From contig JBAZNZ010000001.1 of assembly GCA_041648975.1 (NCBI GenBank), forward strand, positions 40,961 through 104,960: DNA of 64,000 nt. Reading direction: 5' to 3'. Every line of letters begins with the position of its first letter. The first letter of the stretch is position 1. The position numbers and the translations under genes were made by a program. Shown one piece after another: positions 45,359 to 54,651 of this stretch. The notes beneath the pieces were generated by a model. That model searched no databases, had not been told where the DNA came from, and was given only the letters and a program-made list of their open reading frames with translations. This stretch comes from Candidatus Omnitrophota bacterium (lineage in GTDB: Bacteria; Omnitrophota; Gorgyraeia; 2-01-FULL-45-10).

Positions 45359-45761
45359 GAAAAAAGTTCTATTTCTTTGTACGGGTAATTCCTGTCGTAG
45401 TCAGATGGCAGAGGGGTTTTTACGTTCTCTGGCCGGCGACAAGTTTGAGGTATTTAGCGCAGGTGTAAAGCCGACGCAGGTTAATCCGTTGGCTATAAAA
45501 GTAATGGCCGAGGCAGGTATAGATATATCTAAACACAGATCTAAATCCGCGATGGAATTTATCGGCCAACAGTTTGATTATGTGATTACGGTGTGCGACA
45601 ATGCCAGGCAGACATGCCCAATCTTTCCCGGTAAGTATGAAAAAATCCACTGGGACCTGGAAGATCCGGCAGAGGCGCAGGGTAGCGAGGAAGAACGAAT
45701 GGTGGTATTTAGAAAAATACGAGATGAGATAAAAAAAAGAATTGAAGAATGGAATAGATGA
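45351..45761 (+). CDS. arsC: arsenate reductase ArsC (LMW-PTPase, thioredoxin-coupled type)
   Basis: [14 protein letters not shown]-loop (CX5R), with downstream Cys residues. GTG start overlapping the acr3 end. Confidence 0.75.
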   Translation: MNKKKVLFLCTGNSCRSQMAEGFLRSLAGDKFEVFSAGVKPTQVNPLAIKVMAEAGIDISKHRSKSAMEFIGQQFDYVITVCDNARQTCPIFPGKYEKIHWDLEDPAEAQGSEEERMVVFRKIRDEIKKRIEEWNR

Positions 45762-45869
45762 TAGGCGTGGCAAGAAAGAGCGCAAATAAGAAAATGCTCA
45801 AGCATGGAGCGGTTGCCATTTGCAAAAAAGCGTGATATACTTTTTCTGCGGTCTTTATAACCATGAGGT

Positions 45870-47321
45870 GTGATGAGATTTAAAAATAAAATATTAATAG
45901 TAGGCTTCGGATCCGTCGGAAAATGCGCCCTTCCCGTACTTCTCGAACATATCGATGTCCCATACCAGAATATAACCATCGTAGATTTCGCCGATAAACG
46001 CGCCGCCCTTGCCCCCTGGATAAAAAAAGGCATACGATATTCCCAGGAAAAGATCACTCCTTTGAACTTTACGAAGGTGCTCTCAAAATATGTCAGCGCA
46101 GGAGGGCTTATAATAGACCTTTCCTGGAACATCGAGTGCACCGATATGCTTACCTGGTGTCACAATAACAAGGTATTCTATGTGAATACCTCTGTCGAGG
46201 AATGGGATCCGTACGCGGCCATCTACAATAAGAGCCCTTTTAAAAAATCACTCTATTATAAGCAGATGGAGATCCGCGACATGATCGCGAGATGGAACAA
46301 CGGCGCGATAACGGCCGTGTTGGACCATGGCGCGAATCCGGGGCTCATCTCGCATTTCGTGAAGAAGGGCCTCGTGGACCTGGCCGGCAGGATGCTGGAG
46401 GATAATGCCGTGCCGAAGACCGAAAAAAAGAAGATAGAACAATGCCTGCATGAGAAAGATTTTCCGCGGCTTGCCATGGAGACGGGCGTCAAGGTAATAC
46501 ATTGCAGTGAGCGCGATACCCAGATAAGCGGCAGGCCCAAGGAAGTGGACGAGTTCGTCGGGACGTGGAGCATAGAGGGGCTGCGCGAAGAGGGGACGGC
46601 CCCGGCTGAAATGGGCTGGGGCACGCACGAGAAGAAGCTCCCCAGGCACGCGCACGTGCCACCGTACGGCCCGAAGAACCAGATCTTCCTGTCGCAGATG
46701 GGGATGAATACCTGGGTCAGGTCATGGGCTCCTTACGGCGAGATAGTGGGAATGGTCATAAGGCACGCCGAGGCTTTTTCGATCTCCGACTACCTTACGG
46801 TAAGGAAAGGCAACAAGGTAATATACCGCCCGACGGTGCATTACGCTTACATGCCGTGCGACGCTACGATAGCGTCTCTCCATGAGCTCCGCGCCAGAGG
46901 CTATGAACTGCAGCCGAAGCAGAGGATAATGGGCGACGAGATAACAGGCGGAGAAGATACGCTGGGAGCCCTGCTGATGGGGCACAGGTATAATTCGTGG
47001 TGGACCGGTAGTGTCTTAAGCATAGAAAAGTCGCGGAAGCTGGTGCCCGGCCAGAACGCGACTACCGTTCAGGTGGCTATCGGAGTGGTCTCGGCTGTCA
47101 TGTGGGTGATCGAGAACCAGGGTAAAGGCGTATGCCTGCCCGACCACCTGCCGCATGACTATATATTGAAGATAGCCATCCCGTATCTCGGGAAGTTCGT
47201 TTCAGGGCCTGTCGATTGGACGCCTTTCAAGAACTACCAGATATTTTTCAAGGAAAATCCAGAGCTCTATCTGGATAAGAAAAACGTCTGGAGCTTCCAA
47301 AACTTCCTTTGCCGCTATTAG
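45870..47321 (+). CDS. hss: homospermidine synthase (saccharopine-dehydrogenase-like NAD-binding)
   Basis: ILIVGFGSVGKCALPVLLEH...VNTSVEEWDPY N-terminal pattern and about 480-aa length match bacterial HSS. Confidence 0.6.
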   Translation: MMRFKNKILIVGFGSVGKCALPVLLEHIDVPYQNITIVDFADKRAALAPWIKKGIRYSQEKITPLNFTKVLSKYVSAGGLIIDLSWNIECTDMLTWCHNNKVFYVNTSVEEWDPYAAIYNKSPFKKSLYYKQMEIRDMIARWNNGAITAVLDHGANPGLISHFVKKGLVDLAGRMLEDNAVPKTEKKKIEQCLHEKDFPRLAMETGVKVIHCSERDTQISGRPKEVDEFVGTWSIEGLREEGTAPAEMGWGTHEKKLPRHAHVPPYGPKNQIFLSQMGMNTWVRSWAPYGEIVGMVIRHAEAFSISDYLTVRKGNKVIYRPTVHYAYMPCDATIASLHELRARGYELQPKQRIMGDEITGGEDTLGALLMGHRYNSWWTGSVLSIEKSRKLVPGQNATTVQVAIGVVSAVMWVIENQGKGVCLPDHLPHDYILKIAIPYLGKFVSGPVDWTPFKNYQIFFKENPELYLDKKNVWSFQNFLCRY

Positions 47322-47330
47322 ATCCGCTTA

Positions 47331-48968
47331 TTATTGATGCGGGTGATGGTGCTCATGCGCTTGATGGTGCGCCGGGGGTTGGTATGCCTTATGTAGAGCG
47401 CTGTTCCTTATCCCGTAAGAGAAATAGACCACAAGGCCTAAGATAAGCCATATTACAAAACGCACCCAGGTAACGCCCGGCAGTCCGGTCATGAGGAAGA
47501 TACACGACGCGACGCCAAGTAGCGGCGTCACGGGGCTGAAGGGCACTTTGAAGGTGCGGTGCCTGGACGGGTCCTTTACGCGGAGTATTATTATCCCGAA
47601 GCATACCAGGACGAACGCGAAGAGCGTGCCTATATTCGTGAGGTCGACCATTTCGTCGATATTCGTGAAGGCGGCGATGGACGCGATGAGTATCCCTACG
47701 GTGATCGTCGTGACGTGAGGTGTTTTGAATTTCTTGTGGACGCGCGAGAAAATTCCCGGCAAGAGCCCGTCGCGGGCCATCGAGAAGAATATCCTCGATT
47801 GCCCGAGCTGCAGGACGAGGAGGACGGCGATGTGCGCTACGATAGAACCGAAAGCGACGATGATAGCGGCCCAGCCGAGGTTTATGTGCTGCATGGCGAG
47901 CGTCAACGGTTCCGCCTTCTCGTGGGCGAGCGCCGTCTTTAATTGCGCGAACGGCACTATCCCGGTAAATACCGCCGCGACCAATATATAGATGATGGTG
48001 CAGATGATAAGCGACCCTATTATTCCGATCGGCATATCACGTTTGGGGTTACGCGTCTCCTCGGCCACGGTCGAGACGCAATCGAACCCTATATAAGCGA
48101 AGAACGCTATGGCCGCGCCCGCTTTTATTCCCGCGAAACCATTAGGAGCGAACGGCACCCAATTCTGCGGTTTTACGAAGAACGACCCCAGCGCTACGAA
48201 GAAACCGAGTACAAGCAATTTTACCGTGACCATCGCTATATTGAAACGCGAGCTCTCCTTTATGCCGCGGACGAGTATCACGGTCAGGAGAAGGACGATG
48301 ATGAACGCGGGGACGTTGCATATGAGCGGGAATCCTAATATGTTGGGCGCGTTGTGCACAGCGTACCAGGCCTTCTGCATCGCCGGATTGAGCGCTTCGA
48401 AAGCGACGCCGCTGTTTAACAGGTCGGAGGCTTTTACAAAACCGTGTATGGCCGACCGGTAGTCGATAGTGGCCCACGCCGGAAGAGAAATTCCGAAACC
48501 GTTAAGTAACGCCGTGAAATAACCGGACCAGCTTATCGCGACCGCGATACTTCCGACGCAATATTCCAGCATCAGGTCCCACCCGATTATCCACGCTATG
48601 AGTTCGCCGAATGTGGCGTATGAATAAGTATACGCGCTGCCGGAAATAGGGACGAGCGAGGCGAATTCCGCGTAGCAGAGCGCCGCGAAGCAGCACGCCA
48701 CCGCGGTGATCGCGAAAGAGAGCATTAGGGCGGGCCCGGCGCCGGGACGGAGACTGTCGCCCGCGGCAGCTGTGCCGACGGTCGCGAATATTCCCGCGCC
48801 TATAATGACGCCGATACCGAACAGGATGAGCTCGAACGGGCCGAGGGCCTTCTTGAGCTTATGCTCGGGGTCGTGGCTTTCAGCCAGGATCTGGTTAAGG
48901 TCTTTAAGTTTGAATAGCCTGCGCGCCAGGTTTTTCATCGCTAGCGGATATTCTACTAAAAAAGACAC
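47331..48968 (-). CDS. APC-family amino acid/polyamine permease
   Basis: 545 aa, 12+ TM, APC superfamily pattern, divergent to hss. Confidence 0.7.
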   Translation of the reverse strand: MSFLVEYPLAMKNLARRLFKLKDLNQILAESHDPEHKLKKALGPFELILFGIGVIIGAGIFATVGTAAAGDSLRPGAGPALMLSFAITAVACCFAALCYAEFASLVPISGSAYTYSYATFGELIAWIIGWDLMLEYCVGSIAVAISWSGYFTALLNGFGISLPAWATIDYRSAIHGFVKASDLLNSGVAFEALNPAMQKAWYAVHNAPNILGFPLICNVPAFIIVLLLTVILVRGIKESSRFNIAMVTVKLLVLGFFVALGSFFVKPQNWVPFAPNGFAGIKAGAAIAFFAYIGFDCVSTVAEETRNPKRDMPIGIIGSLIICTIIYILVAAVFTGIVPFAQLKTALAHEKAEPLTLAMQHINLGWAAIIVAFGSIVAHIAVLLVLQLGQSRIFFSMARDGLLPGIFSRVHKKFKTPHVTTITVGILIASIAAFTNIDEMVDLTNIGTLFAFVLVCFGIIILRVKDPSRHRTFKVPFSPVTPLLGVASCIFLMTGLPGVTWVRFVIWLILGLVVYFSYGIRNSALHKAYQPPAHHQAHEHHHPHQ

Positions 48969-49041
48969 GTTTTTTAAATAAAAAACTCGTCCTTTTTAAT
49001 TTTCTTGACCATATGAGGATCAGGCGTTATGATAACCGTTA

Positions 49042-49401
49042 ATGAGAGAAATATTGTTCCTTATATTAGGACTTTCGGCCGGTACGCTCTCCGGCTTGTT
49101 CGGGATCGGAGGCGGCGTCATATTGATACCGGGCCTTGTCTTCCTGGCGGGATTGACACAGCATGAAGCTCAAGGCACGACGCTTGCCATATTGCTCCTT
49201 CCAATAGGGCTTCTTGCCGTCCTGCGATATTATAAGGGCGGCCATGTCAACCTGTATATCGCGTTATTCATCTGCGTAGGATTTTTTATCGGCGGGCTTC
49301 TCGGCGCGAATATCGCCGAAGGCATATCGAATCTCGTATTGAGAAGGGCCTTCGGGGCATTTTTGCTGATAGTCGCGTTCTATACCATATTCTCGAAATG
49401 A
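49042..49401 (+). CDS. TSUP (DUF81/TauE-like) half-size membrane protein
   Basis: GLFGIGGGVILIPGL motif, 119 aa (4 TM). Confidence 0.5.
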   Translation: MREILFLILGLSAGTLSGLFGIGGGVILIPGLVFLAGLTQHEAQGTTLAILLLPIGLLAVLRYYKGGHVNLYIALFICVGFFIGGLLGANIAEGISNLVLRRAFGAFLLIVAFYTIFSK

Positions 49402-50981
49402 TCATGAAAAATATTATTTTTACGCTGATCGCCACCGTCCTGGTATTCGCGGCGGCCGAAGGGGCGAGCAGGCTATTTGTCCATCCGGGCTCGTATGATT
49501 TCATAGAGCGGCGCGCTATGGAGCAGAGCCTGAAACATAATAAGGCCGGCGGAGAAATACGTATACTCCTTTTCGGCGAATCGACCATGTTCGGCGGCTC
49601 CCTCTATCCGTATTCGACGATAGACAAGTGGCTGAAGATGTATCTTGCCGACCTCCTTCCCGAAGAGGAATATAAGCGCGTAACGGTGATGAATTTCGCC
49701 AGGCTTGGCGTGGACAGCCGGTTTGTATCGACCGCTTTTATCGACCTCATCCCTTACAAGCCCGATCTCGCCGTCTTTTACACCGTCCACAACGATTTTA
49801 TACAGCCGGGCAGCCGGCGCGTCCTGCTCGGCGGGGAATCGCCCGCAAAAGAACGCAGAGAATATTTTAGGCGCCTCCGCAAAAAGAGCGCTTTTCTCAA
49901 TCTCTTAAACAGGCTTATTATCAGGTGGAAGATGTATCGCAGCTCGATAAAGGACGCCAGGGCAAAGAGCTCCGACGATTGGTATCTTGAAGGGGACGCG
50001 GGTGACGGCATCTGCAAAAATGAATCCGACCTCCTGCGGCCGGACTCGCCGGGTTACGAAGTCATTAAAAAGAATTTCGAAAATAATATCAACAGGATCA
50101 TTTCCGCAGGCGCCCGGAACTCGATACCGGTAATATTTTTCGAAGGGTTGTCGAAATGGAAGGGTTATGAGCCGGTGAGGCCCTTCCACGGGAGACTCAT
50201 GACCCCGGAGCTTCTGGCCGCATGGTCGAGAGGCTTCGACACGGCCGAAGCGGACTTCCGTCTCGGGCAGTATGAGAGCGCGCTTAAGATGTACGCCGCC
50301 TGTAAAGAGGCGGATCCGGAGTACGCGCTTACTTATTACAGGATGGGACAATGCTTTGAAGGCCTGAGGCAGTTCAGCCGCGCCAATGAATATTACGCGA
50401 CGGCTAACGATAAAGACCATTACCCGATACGCGCGCCGGCGTTCGTCAACCGGGTATATGAAAAACTGCGCCTCTCGAGGGTCCCGCGGGTCTATTTCAT
50501 AAGAACCCAGAAATTATTCGAAGAACGCTCTCCTGACGGCATAATAGACGACAGCCTGGTCATAGACCAGATCCATCCCACTATCGAAGGGCAGGCGATG
50601 ATGGCGCTTGAATTGGCCAGGACGATTTACGATAACGGCCTTTTAATCCCGAAAGATAAGTGGCGATGGGACCGGCTGCGGAGCGCGGCGGAGATGAAGA
50701 AGTCCCTTCGCCTGGATGAGGATGCGGAATTCGATATATGCCTGGCATCGGCAGGTTATGTGGCAAGAGCCTACTCAAAGGCTGCCGAATTTTTAGAGCA
50801 GGCCGTAAAGATAAGGCCGCGTTCCGTATTCGCCAGAAGTTGGCTCGCATGGTCGTATTGGAAAGACGGCAGTAAGGCAAAGGCCGTCAACCTGTATAAT
50901 GAGCTTTACCGGAAAGCCCCGGACAAGGCTTCGGTATTTTTGGACAAATACCCCGAGATAAGGAAAGCGCTCCCCATATAA
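49398..50981 (+). CDS. membrane-anchored SGNH/GDSL-like hydrolase fold protein with C-terminal TPR repeats
   Basis: N-terminal TM, RILLFGESTMFGG (block I-like GDS(L) motif), TPR-like C-terminal half. Confidence 0.45.
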   Translation: MIMKNIIFTLIATVLVFAAAEGASRLFVHPGSYDFIERRAMEQSLKHNKAGGEIRILLFGESTMFGGSLYPYSTIDKWLKMYLADLLPEEEYKRVTVMNFARLGVDSRFVSTAFIDLIPYKPDLAVFYTVHNDFIQPGSRRVLLGGESPAKERREYFRRLRKKSAFLNLLNRLIIRWKMYRSSIKDARAKSSDDWYLEGDAGDGICKNESDLLRPDSPGYEVIKKNFENNINRIISAGARNSIPVIFFEGLSKWKGYEPVRPFHGRLMTPELLAAWSRGFDTAEADFRLGQYESALKMYAACKEADPEYALTYYRMGQCFEGLRQFSRANEYYATANDKDHYPIRAPAFVNRVYEKLRLSRVPRVYFIRTQKLFEERSPDGIIDDSLVIDQIHPTIEGQAMMALELARTIYDNGLLIPKDKWRWDRLRSAAEMKKSLRLDEDAEFDICLASAGYVARAYSKAAEFLEQAVKIRPRSVFARSWLAWSYWKDGSKAKAVNLYNELYRKAPDKASVFLDKYPEIRKALPI

Positions 50982-51063
50982 TAGCCGCCCGTTACTGCCG
51001 GCAATCTTCGACAAAGGGAACTTTTCAGCCGCTTCAGGCTGTCTAAAGTAGTGAAAGGCGCGC

Positions 51064-51627
51064 ATGAACAATATATCGCAGGAGCTCCTCGCGAGGGCTT
51101 CGAACGGCGACATGGGAGCGTTCGAGGAGATATATAAAGCCTCTTCGGGGTTTGTCTATAACGTATGCCTCAGGATAACGCAGGATATACCCGACGCGGA
51201 AGAGGCGACGCAGGATGTTTTTTTGAAGATTCACAGGAACCTGAAGGATTTCGCGTTCCGGTCATCTTTCAAGACATGGATATACAGGATAGCTGTCAAC
51301 GCGGCGATTAACAGGTACAGGGTCTCAGCGAGGAATAGAGGAAGATATTTAAGCTATGACGAGGGGAGCGGGAACGACGCATTTCCGGTGGAAAGCCAGG
51401 TGTATGAATCTGCCGACAAGGAAGAGCGTAAAGCGATGGTCGACTCGCTCCTGTCGAGCTTAAGCGCGGAGTTAAGGTCATGCATAGTGTTGAGGGAGAT
51501 AGAGGGCATGGATTATAAAGAGATAGCCAGGACCCTGGATATACCTATAAATACGGTCCGCTCGAGATTAAAGAGGGCGAGGGAAAAGCTGCTTATATAT
51601 GCGGCGGGGGGAGGCGGTAGATCATGA
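51064..51627 (+). CDS. ECF-subfamily RNA polymerase sigma factor
   Basis: Regions 2 and 4 (FEEIY...VYNVCLRIT..DAEEATQDVFLKIH; ...MDYKEIARTLDIPINTVRSRLKRAR). Confidence 0.85.
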   Translation: MNNISQELLARASNGDMGAFEEIYKASSGFVYNVCLRITQDIPDAEEATQDVFLKIHRNLKDFAFRSSFKTWIYRIAVNAAINRYRVSARNRGRYLSYDEGSGNDAFPVESQVYESADKEERKAMVDSLLSSLSAELRSCIVLREIEGMDYKEIARTLDIPINTVRSRLKRAREKLLIYAAGGGGRS

Positions 51628-52094
51628 GGTGCAAAGAGATCCGTGAGTTGATCATGACCGATTATCTGGACGGAGAGCTGAAGGGCAAGACGCTCGAAGA
51701 GGTAAGGCTCCATATAGAAGGATGCGCGGAGTGCCGCGCGATCGAGATACGCCTTAAGGGGCTGGGCGCGTCTTTAAAAAAGGCTGTTCCAGCCGAGCCG
51801 AGAGGCGAGGTATGGGAGCGCATCCGCGCAGATCTGACCTCCGGAAAGGCGTACCGGCCCGGGATATTCGCGGAAGCCCGGGAGGGCCTTAGGGCGTTTC
51901 TGCTGGGGCCGAGATTTGTTTTTGCGAGGACGGCCGCGGTTGCCGCTGTGGTCGTCATCATGCTCGTAAGCTCGATGTGGCTGCGGGGCAGTACGACGAT
52001 AAGCGGTGAGGACGCATTTATTACATACCTTTCGAACGGCACGGCCGACGCCGGGCAGGATTTCGGGACGTCCATTGAGGAATATTTCCTTTAG
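51624..52094 (+). CDS. anti-sigma factor (zinc-finger HxxxCxxC, single TM)
   Basis: HIEGCAECRA ZAS-type motif, central TM helix, overlapping the sigma stop. Confidence 0.7.
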   Translation: MRCKEIRELIMTDYLDGELKGKTLEEVRLHIEGCAECRAIEIRLKGLGASLKKAVPAEPRGEVWERIRADLTSGKAYRPGIFAEAREGLRAFLLGPRFVFARTAAVAAVVVIMLVSSMWLRGSTTISGEDAFITYLSNGTADAGQDFGTSIEEYFL

Positions 52095-52108
52095 GGAGGT
52101 GAATTGAT

Positions 52109-52573
52109 ATGAAGAAGATAGCAAGTGTTCTGATGGCTATTTTCGCGGCTTTTGCGGTGTTTACATCGAGTGTATACGCCTATGATAAAGGATGCGGCAG
52201 CGAAAAGACGCATATGGGGAAGAAATGGGAGAGCCTGACGAAAGAGCTCGGCCTGACGCCGGAGCAGGACCGGAAGCTCGAGGCCAACCGCAAGGCGCAA
52301 TTCGAAAAGATGAAAGGCTTCCGCAAGGCGATGAAAGAGAAGGGGGATGAGCTGGCGAAGGCGCTGGAGAACCCCGCAGCTACGCGCTCGAGCGTAGAGC
52401 CAATCGCCGCCGGGATGAAGGCGCTGGAGTCGCAGTCGGTCGACCAGAGGATCGACGGTATCTTTTCCGTGAAAGAGATACTGACGCCAGAGCAGTTCGC
52501 GAAGTTCAATTCGCTTATGGAGAAGAAGAGGCTTGAGCGCAAAGAGCGGGGCAGAGGCGGCTGGGAGCGTTAA
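52109..52573 (+). CDS. periplasmic Spy/CpxP-family protein
   Basis: Signal peptide plus two LTPEQ motifs (LGLTPEQDRKLE, ILTPEQFAKFNS). Confidence 0.65.
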   Translation: MKKIASVLMAIFAAFAVFTSSVYAYDKGCGSEKTHMGKKWESLTKELGLTPEQDRKLEANRKAQFEKMKGFRKAMKEKGDELAKALENPAATRSSVEPIAAGMKALESQSVDQRIDGIFSVKEILTPEQFAKFNSLMEKKRLERKERGRGGWER

Positions 52574-52590
52574 TAGAAGTACCGGTAATG

Positions 52591-52636
52591 AGACGGAAGA
52601 TGGCGTGGTTATATTCGCTATCTTCCGTCTTTTTTA
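52591..52636 (+). terminator. rho-independent terminator after the ECF module
   Basis: AGACGGAAGAT...ATCTTCCGTCT 11-bp stem followed by TTTTTT. Confidence 0.7.
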
Positions 52637-52711
52637 TACCCGCAAATAATATTCTGATTTATATTATTTATGATATAATATGAAAACATACCTATAATAA
52701 CAGGAGGAGCC

Positions 52712-53032
52712 ATGGCCAGTTTCGAGGATTTTAAAAAACTGGAATTCAAGACAGCGAAGATAAAAGAGGTGAACGACCACCCTAATGCCGACAGGCTATA
52801 CGTGATAATGCTCGACGTGGGGGATAAGACAAAACAGGTCGTTGCAGGCATAAAGAACGCGTATAAGAAAGAGGATCTCGTCGGTCGCCAGGTCGTCCTG
52901 GTCGATAATCTCGATCCGGCTATGCTGCGCGGCGTGGAGAGCCAGGGCATGATACTGGCCGCTTCCGACGATAAGGGGATGGCGATAGTGACGCCCGACA
53001 AAGAGATGACGCCGGGGAGCGTCGTAAAGTAA
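52712..53032 (+). CDS. tRNA-binding protein (CsaA/EMAP-like domain)
   Basis: KIKEVNDHPNADRLYV...GIKNAY signature of the Myf/EMAP tRNA-binding fold. Confidence 0.7.
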   Translation: MASFEDFKKLEFKTAKIKEVNDHPNADRLYVIMLDVGDKTKQVVAGIKNAYKKEDLVGRQVVLVDNLDPAMLRGVESQGMILAASDDKGMAIVTPDKEMTPGSVVK

Positions 53033-53117
53033 AGTTTTGCGCGTCTGTCCTCCTTCGCTCTTCAGAGTGAGATTATGGTAGAGCTTCGGCGGGACTGGGC
53101 GCCGGAGTAAGAATGGA

Positions 53118-53233
53118 GCGCCTGTAGCTCAGTTGGATAGAGTATCTTCCGCCTATGCTGCACAGAAAAACAACACATGGCGGATCCGCCATGAATAGTT
53201 TTGAGTTGGGTTTAGGCGGAGGCTACGAACCAG
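53118..53233 (+). pseudogene. degenerate tRNA-Arg fragments (5' acceptor and D arm at 53118-53144; anticodon-loop 13-mer at 53221-53233) separated by a 76-nt insert
   Basis: GCGCCTGTAGCTCAGTTGGATAGAGTA matches the first 27 nt of tRNA-Arg at 53482 with 3 mismatches. GGCTACGAACCAG is identical to its anticodon region. No T arm or acceptor 3' strand follows. Confidence 0.5.
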
Positions 53234-53243
53234 AGTATGTTTT

Positions 53244-53504
53244 ATGTATAACGTGTATGCGTTGCTTAGTCTAAAAAATGGCAAGAGATATATCGGCTTT
53301 ACGTCCAAAACTCCGGAGTTGAGGTTGAAAGAGCATAACAAGGGATGCAACAGTTGGGCTCGCCAGAATAGGCCATTTGAACTTATTTATATGGAAGAGT
53401 GTGATACTTCAAAAGAAGCGAGAAATAGAGAAAAATTTCTCAAATCAGGTCAAGGTAGAAGGGAAATAGACAATGTTTTGCGCGCCCGTAGCTCAACTGG
53501 ATAG
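53244..53504 (+). CDS. GIY-YIG nuclease family protein whose 3' end overlaps tRNA-Arg
   Basis: VYALLSLKNGKRYIGFTSKTPELRLKEHN GIY-YIG motif. The last 7 codons and stop (TAG inside GGATAG of the D arm) are encoded by the tRNA. Confidence 0.7.
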   Translation: MYNVYALLSLKNGKRYIGFTSKTPELRLKEHNKGCNSWARQNRPFELIYMEECDTSKEARNREKFLKSGQGRREIDNVLRARSSTG

Positions 53505-53558
53505 AGTAACTGGCTACGAACCAGTAGGTTGGCCGTTCGAGCCGGCCCGGGCGCGCCA
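53482..53558 (+). tRNA. tRNA-Arg (anticodon ACG)
   Basis: Acceptor GCGCCCG/CGGGCGC, anticodon arm ACTGG-CTACGAA-CCAGT, T arm GGCCG-TTCGAGC-CGGCC, CCA encoded. Confidence 0.85.
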
Positions 53559-53574
53559 CTCTTGAAGAACATAT

Positions 53575-54039
53575 ATGACCAGGATCGACGAAATATACAT
53601 GACGGAGGCTTTGAGGGAGGCAAAGAAGGCCTTTGAAAAGGACGAAGTCCCCGTCGGAGCTGTAATAGTCCACAGCGGCAGGGTAATAGCCAGGGCACAT
53701 AACCAGATAAAGATGCTGAAGGACCCTACGGCGCACGCCGAGATGATAGCGGTCACGCAGGCCGCATCTTATCTGGGAAGCGAACGGTTGCTTGAGAGCG
53801 CGATCTATGTTACTATTGAGCCTTGTGCGATGTGCGCGGGCGCCCTTATCCTGGCAAGGGTGAATAGGTTGTGTTTTGGGGCCCCCGATGCTAAGACGGG
53901 CGCGTTCGGTTCCGTCCTGGATATCAATAAGAAGAAGCTGAACCACAGGATATCGGTAACAAAAGGCGTGTTGGAAGAAAGATGCGCCGGGATATTGAAA
54001 GAGTTCTTTAAGAAGAAACGAAATACAAAGTCTTTTTAG
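53575..54039 (+). CDS. tadA: tRNA-specific adenosine-34 deaminase TadA
   Basis: HAEMIAV...TIEPCAMCAGAL zinc-binding CDA motifs. 154 aa, typical TadA size. Confidence 0.8.
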   Translation: MTRIDEIYMTEALREAKKAFEKDEVPVGAVIVHSGRVIARAHNQIKMLKDPTAHAEMIAVTQAASYLGSERLLESAIYVTIEPCAMCAGALILARVNRLCFGAPDAKTGAFGSVLDINKKKLNHRISVTKGVLEERCAGILKEFFKKKRNTKSF

Positions 54040-54113
54040 ATGTAGTCCCTCGCATCATGAATTAGGCAATATATGCTCGGGACGATTTACCTCAAGTTAA
54101 ATGACAGTAAATC

Positions 54114-54207
54114 GGAGAGATCGCCTAGTGGTCTAGGGCAGCGGTTTGCTAAACCGCCATGCGCTTGAAAAGGTGCATCGAGAGTTCAAATCTCTCTCTC
54201 TCCGCCA
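54114..54207 (+). tRNA. tRNA-Ser (anticodon GCT)
   Basis: Acceptor GGAGAGA/TCTCTCC, anticodon arm GCGGT-TTGCTAA-ACCGC, long variable arm, T arm GAGAG-TTCAAAT-CTCTC, CCA encoded. Confidence 0.8.
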
Positions 54208-54327
54208 TTTTTTTGGTGAACCCTCCGACGAGAGCCATAGCTAGTTTTGGCTTGCGCAGAAGGGGATTCGAATTACGGATAAATATTTGTTAAGTGGAAA
54301 AATTATTATGCTGAAAAGGGATGAACA

Positions 54328-54566
54328 ATGCAGTTCTCGGTAGTCATCCCGGCCCGAAATGAAGCTGAGCGTATCGGTGCATGTCTGGAGTCAATTTTAC
54401 CGCATCCCAATCCTATACGGGGCAGACCGAGATCATAGTTGTGCTCAACCGATGTACAGACTCTACAGGAGATATCGCGCGAAAATACGGCGCACGTATT
54501 GTCAATGATTCCGAATTTGGGGTCATCCTACAAGAGGGCACTCTACAAGATGGACGCGAAATTTAA
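54328..54566 (+). pseudogene. N-terminal fragment of a family-2 glycosyltransferase, frameshifted and truncated
   Basis: MQFSVVIPARNEAERIGACLESIL in one frame continues as YTGQTEIIVVLNRCTDSTGDIARKYGARIVN in another. Only about 70 aa of an expected about 250. Confidence 0.55.
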
Positions 54567-54624
54567 GATTCTAGGCTGTCCCTAAATAGGATGGCTCCAA
54601 AGCATATATCTTCTGCCGCCCCAA

Positions 54625-54651
54625 CTTGAGGTCACAAATTGTGACCTCAAG
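54625..54651 (+). promoter_or_regulatory. 27-bp perfect palindrome CTTGAGGTCACAA-A-TTGTGACCTCAAG
   Basis: 13-bp arms with a 1-nt centre, in an AT-rich degraded intergenic region. Confidence 0.35.

Noticed and set aside
53118-53240. Interpreting 53118-53233 as a functional intron-containing tRNA
   Set aside because: No T arm or 3' acceptor strand follows the anticodon-like segment, and the complete tRNA-Arg 340 bp downstream is self-sufficient.
53440-53946. 168-aa minus-strand ORF covering tRNA-Arg and tadA
   Set aside because: It overlaps a confidently folded tRNA and the conserved tadA gene on the other strand. Its Arg/Pro-rich translation has no motif.
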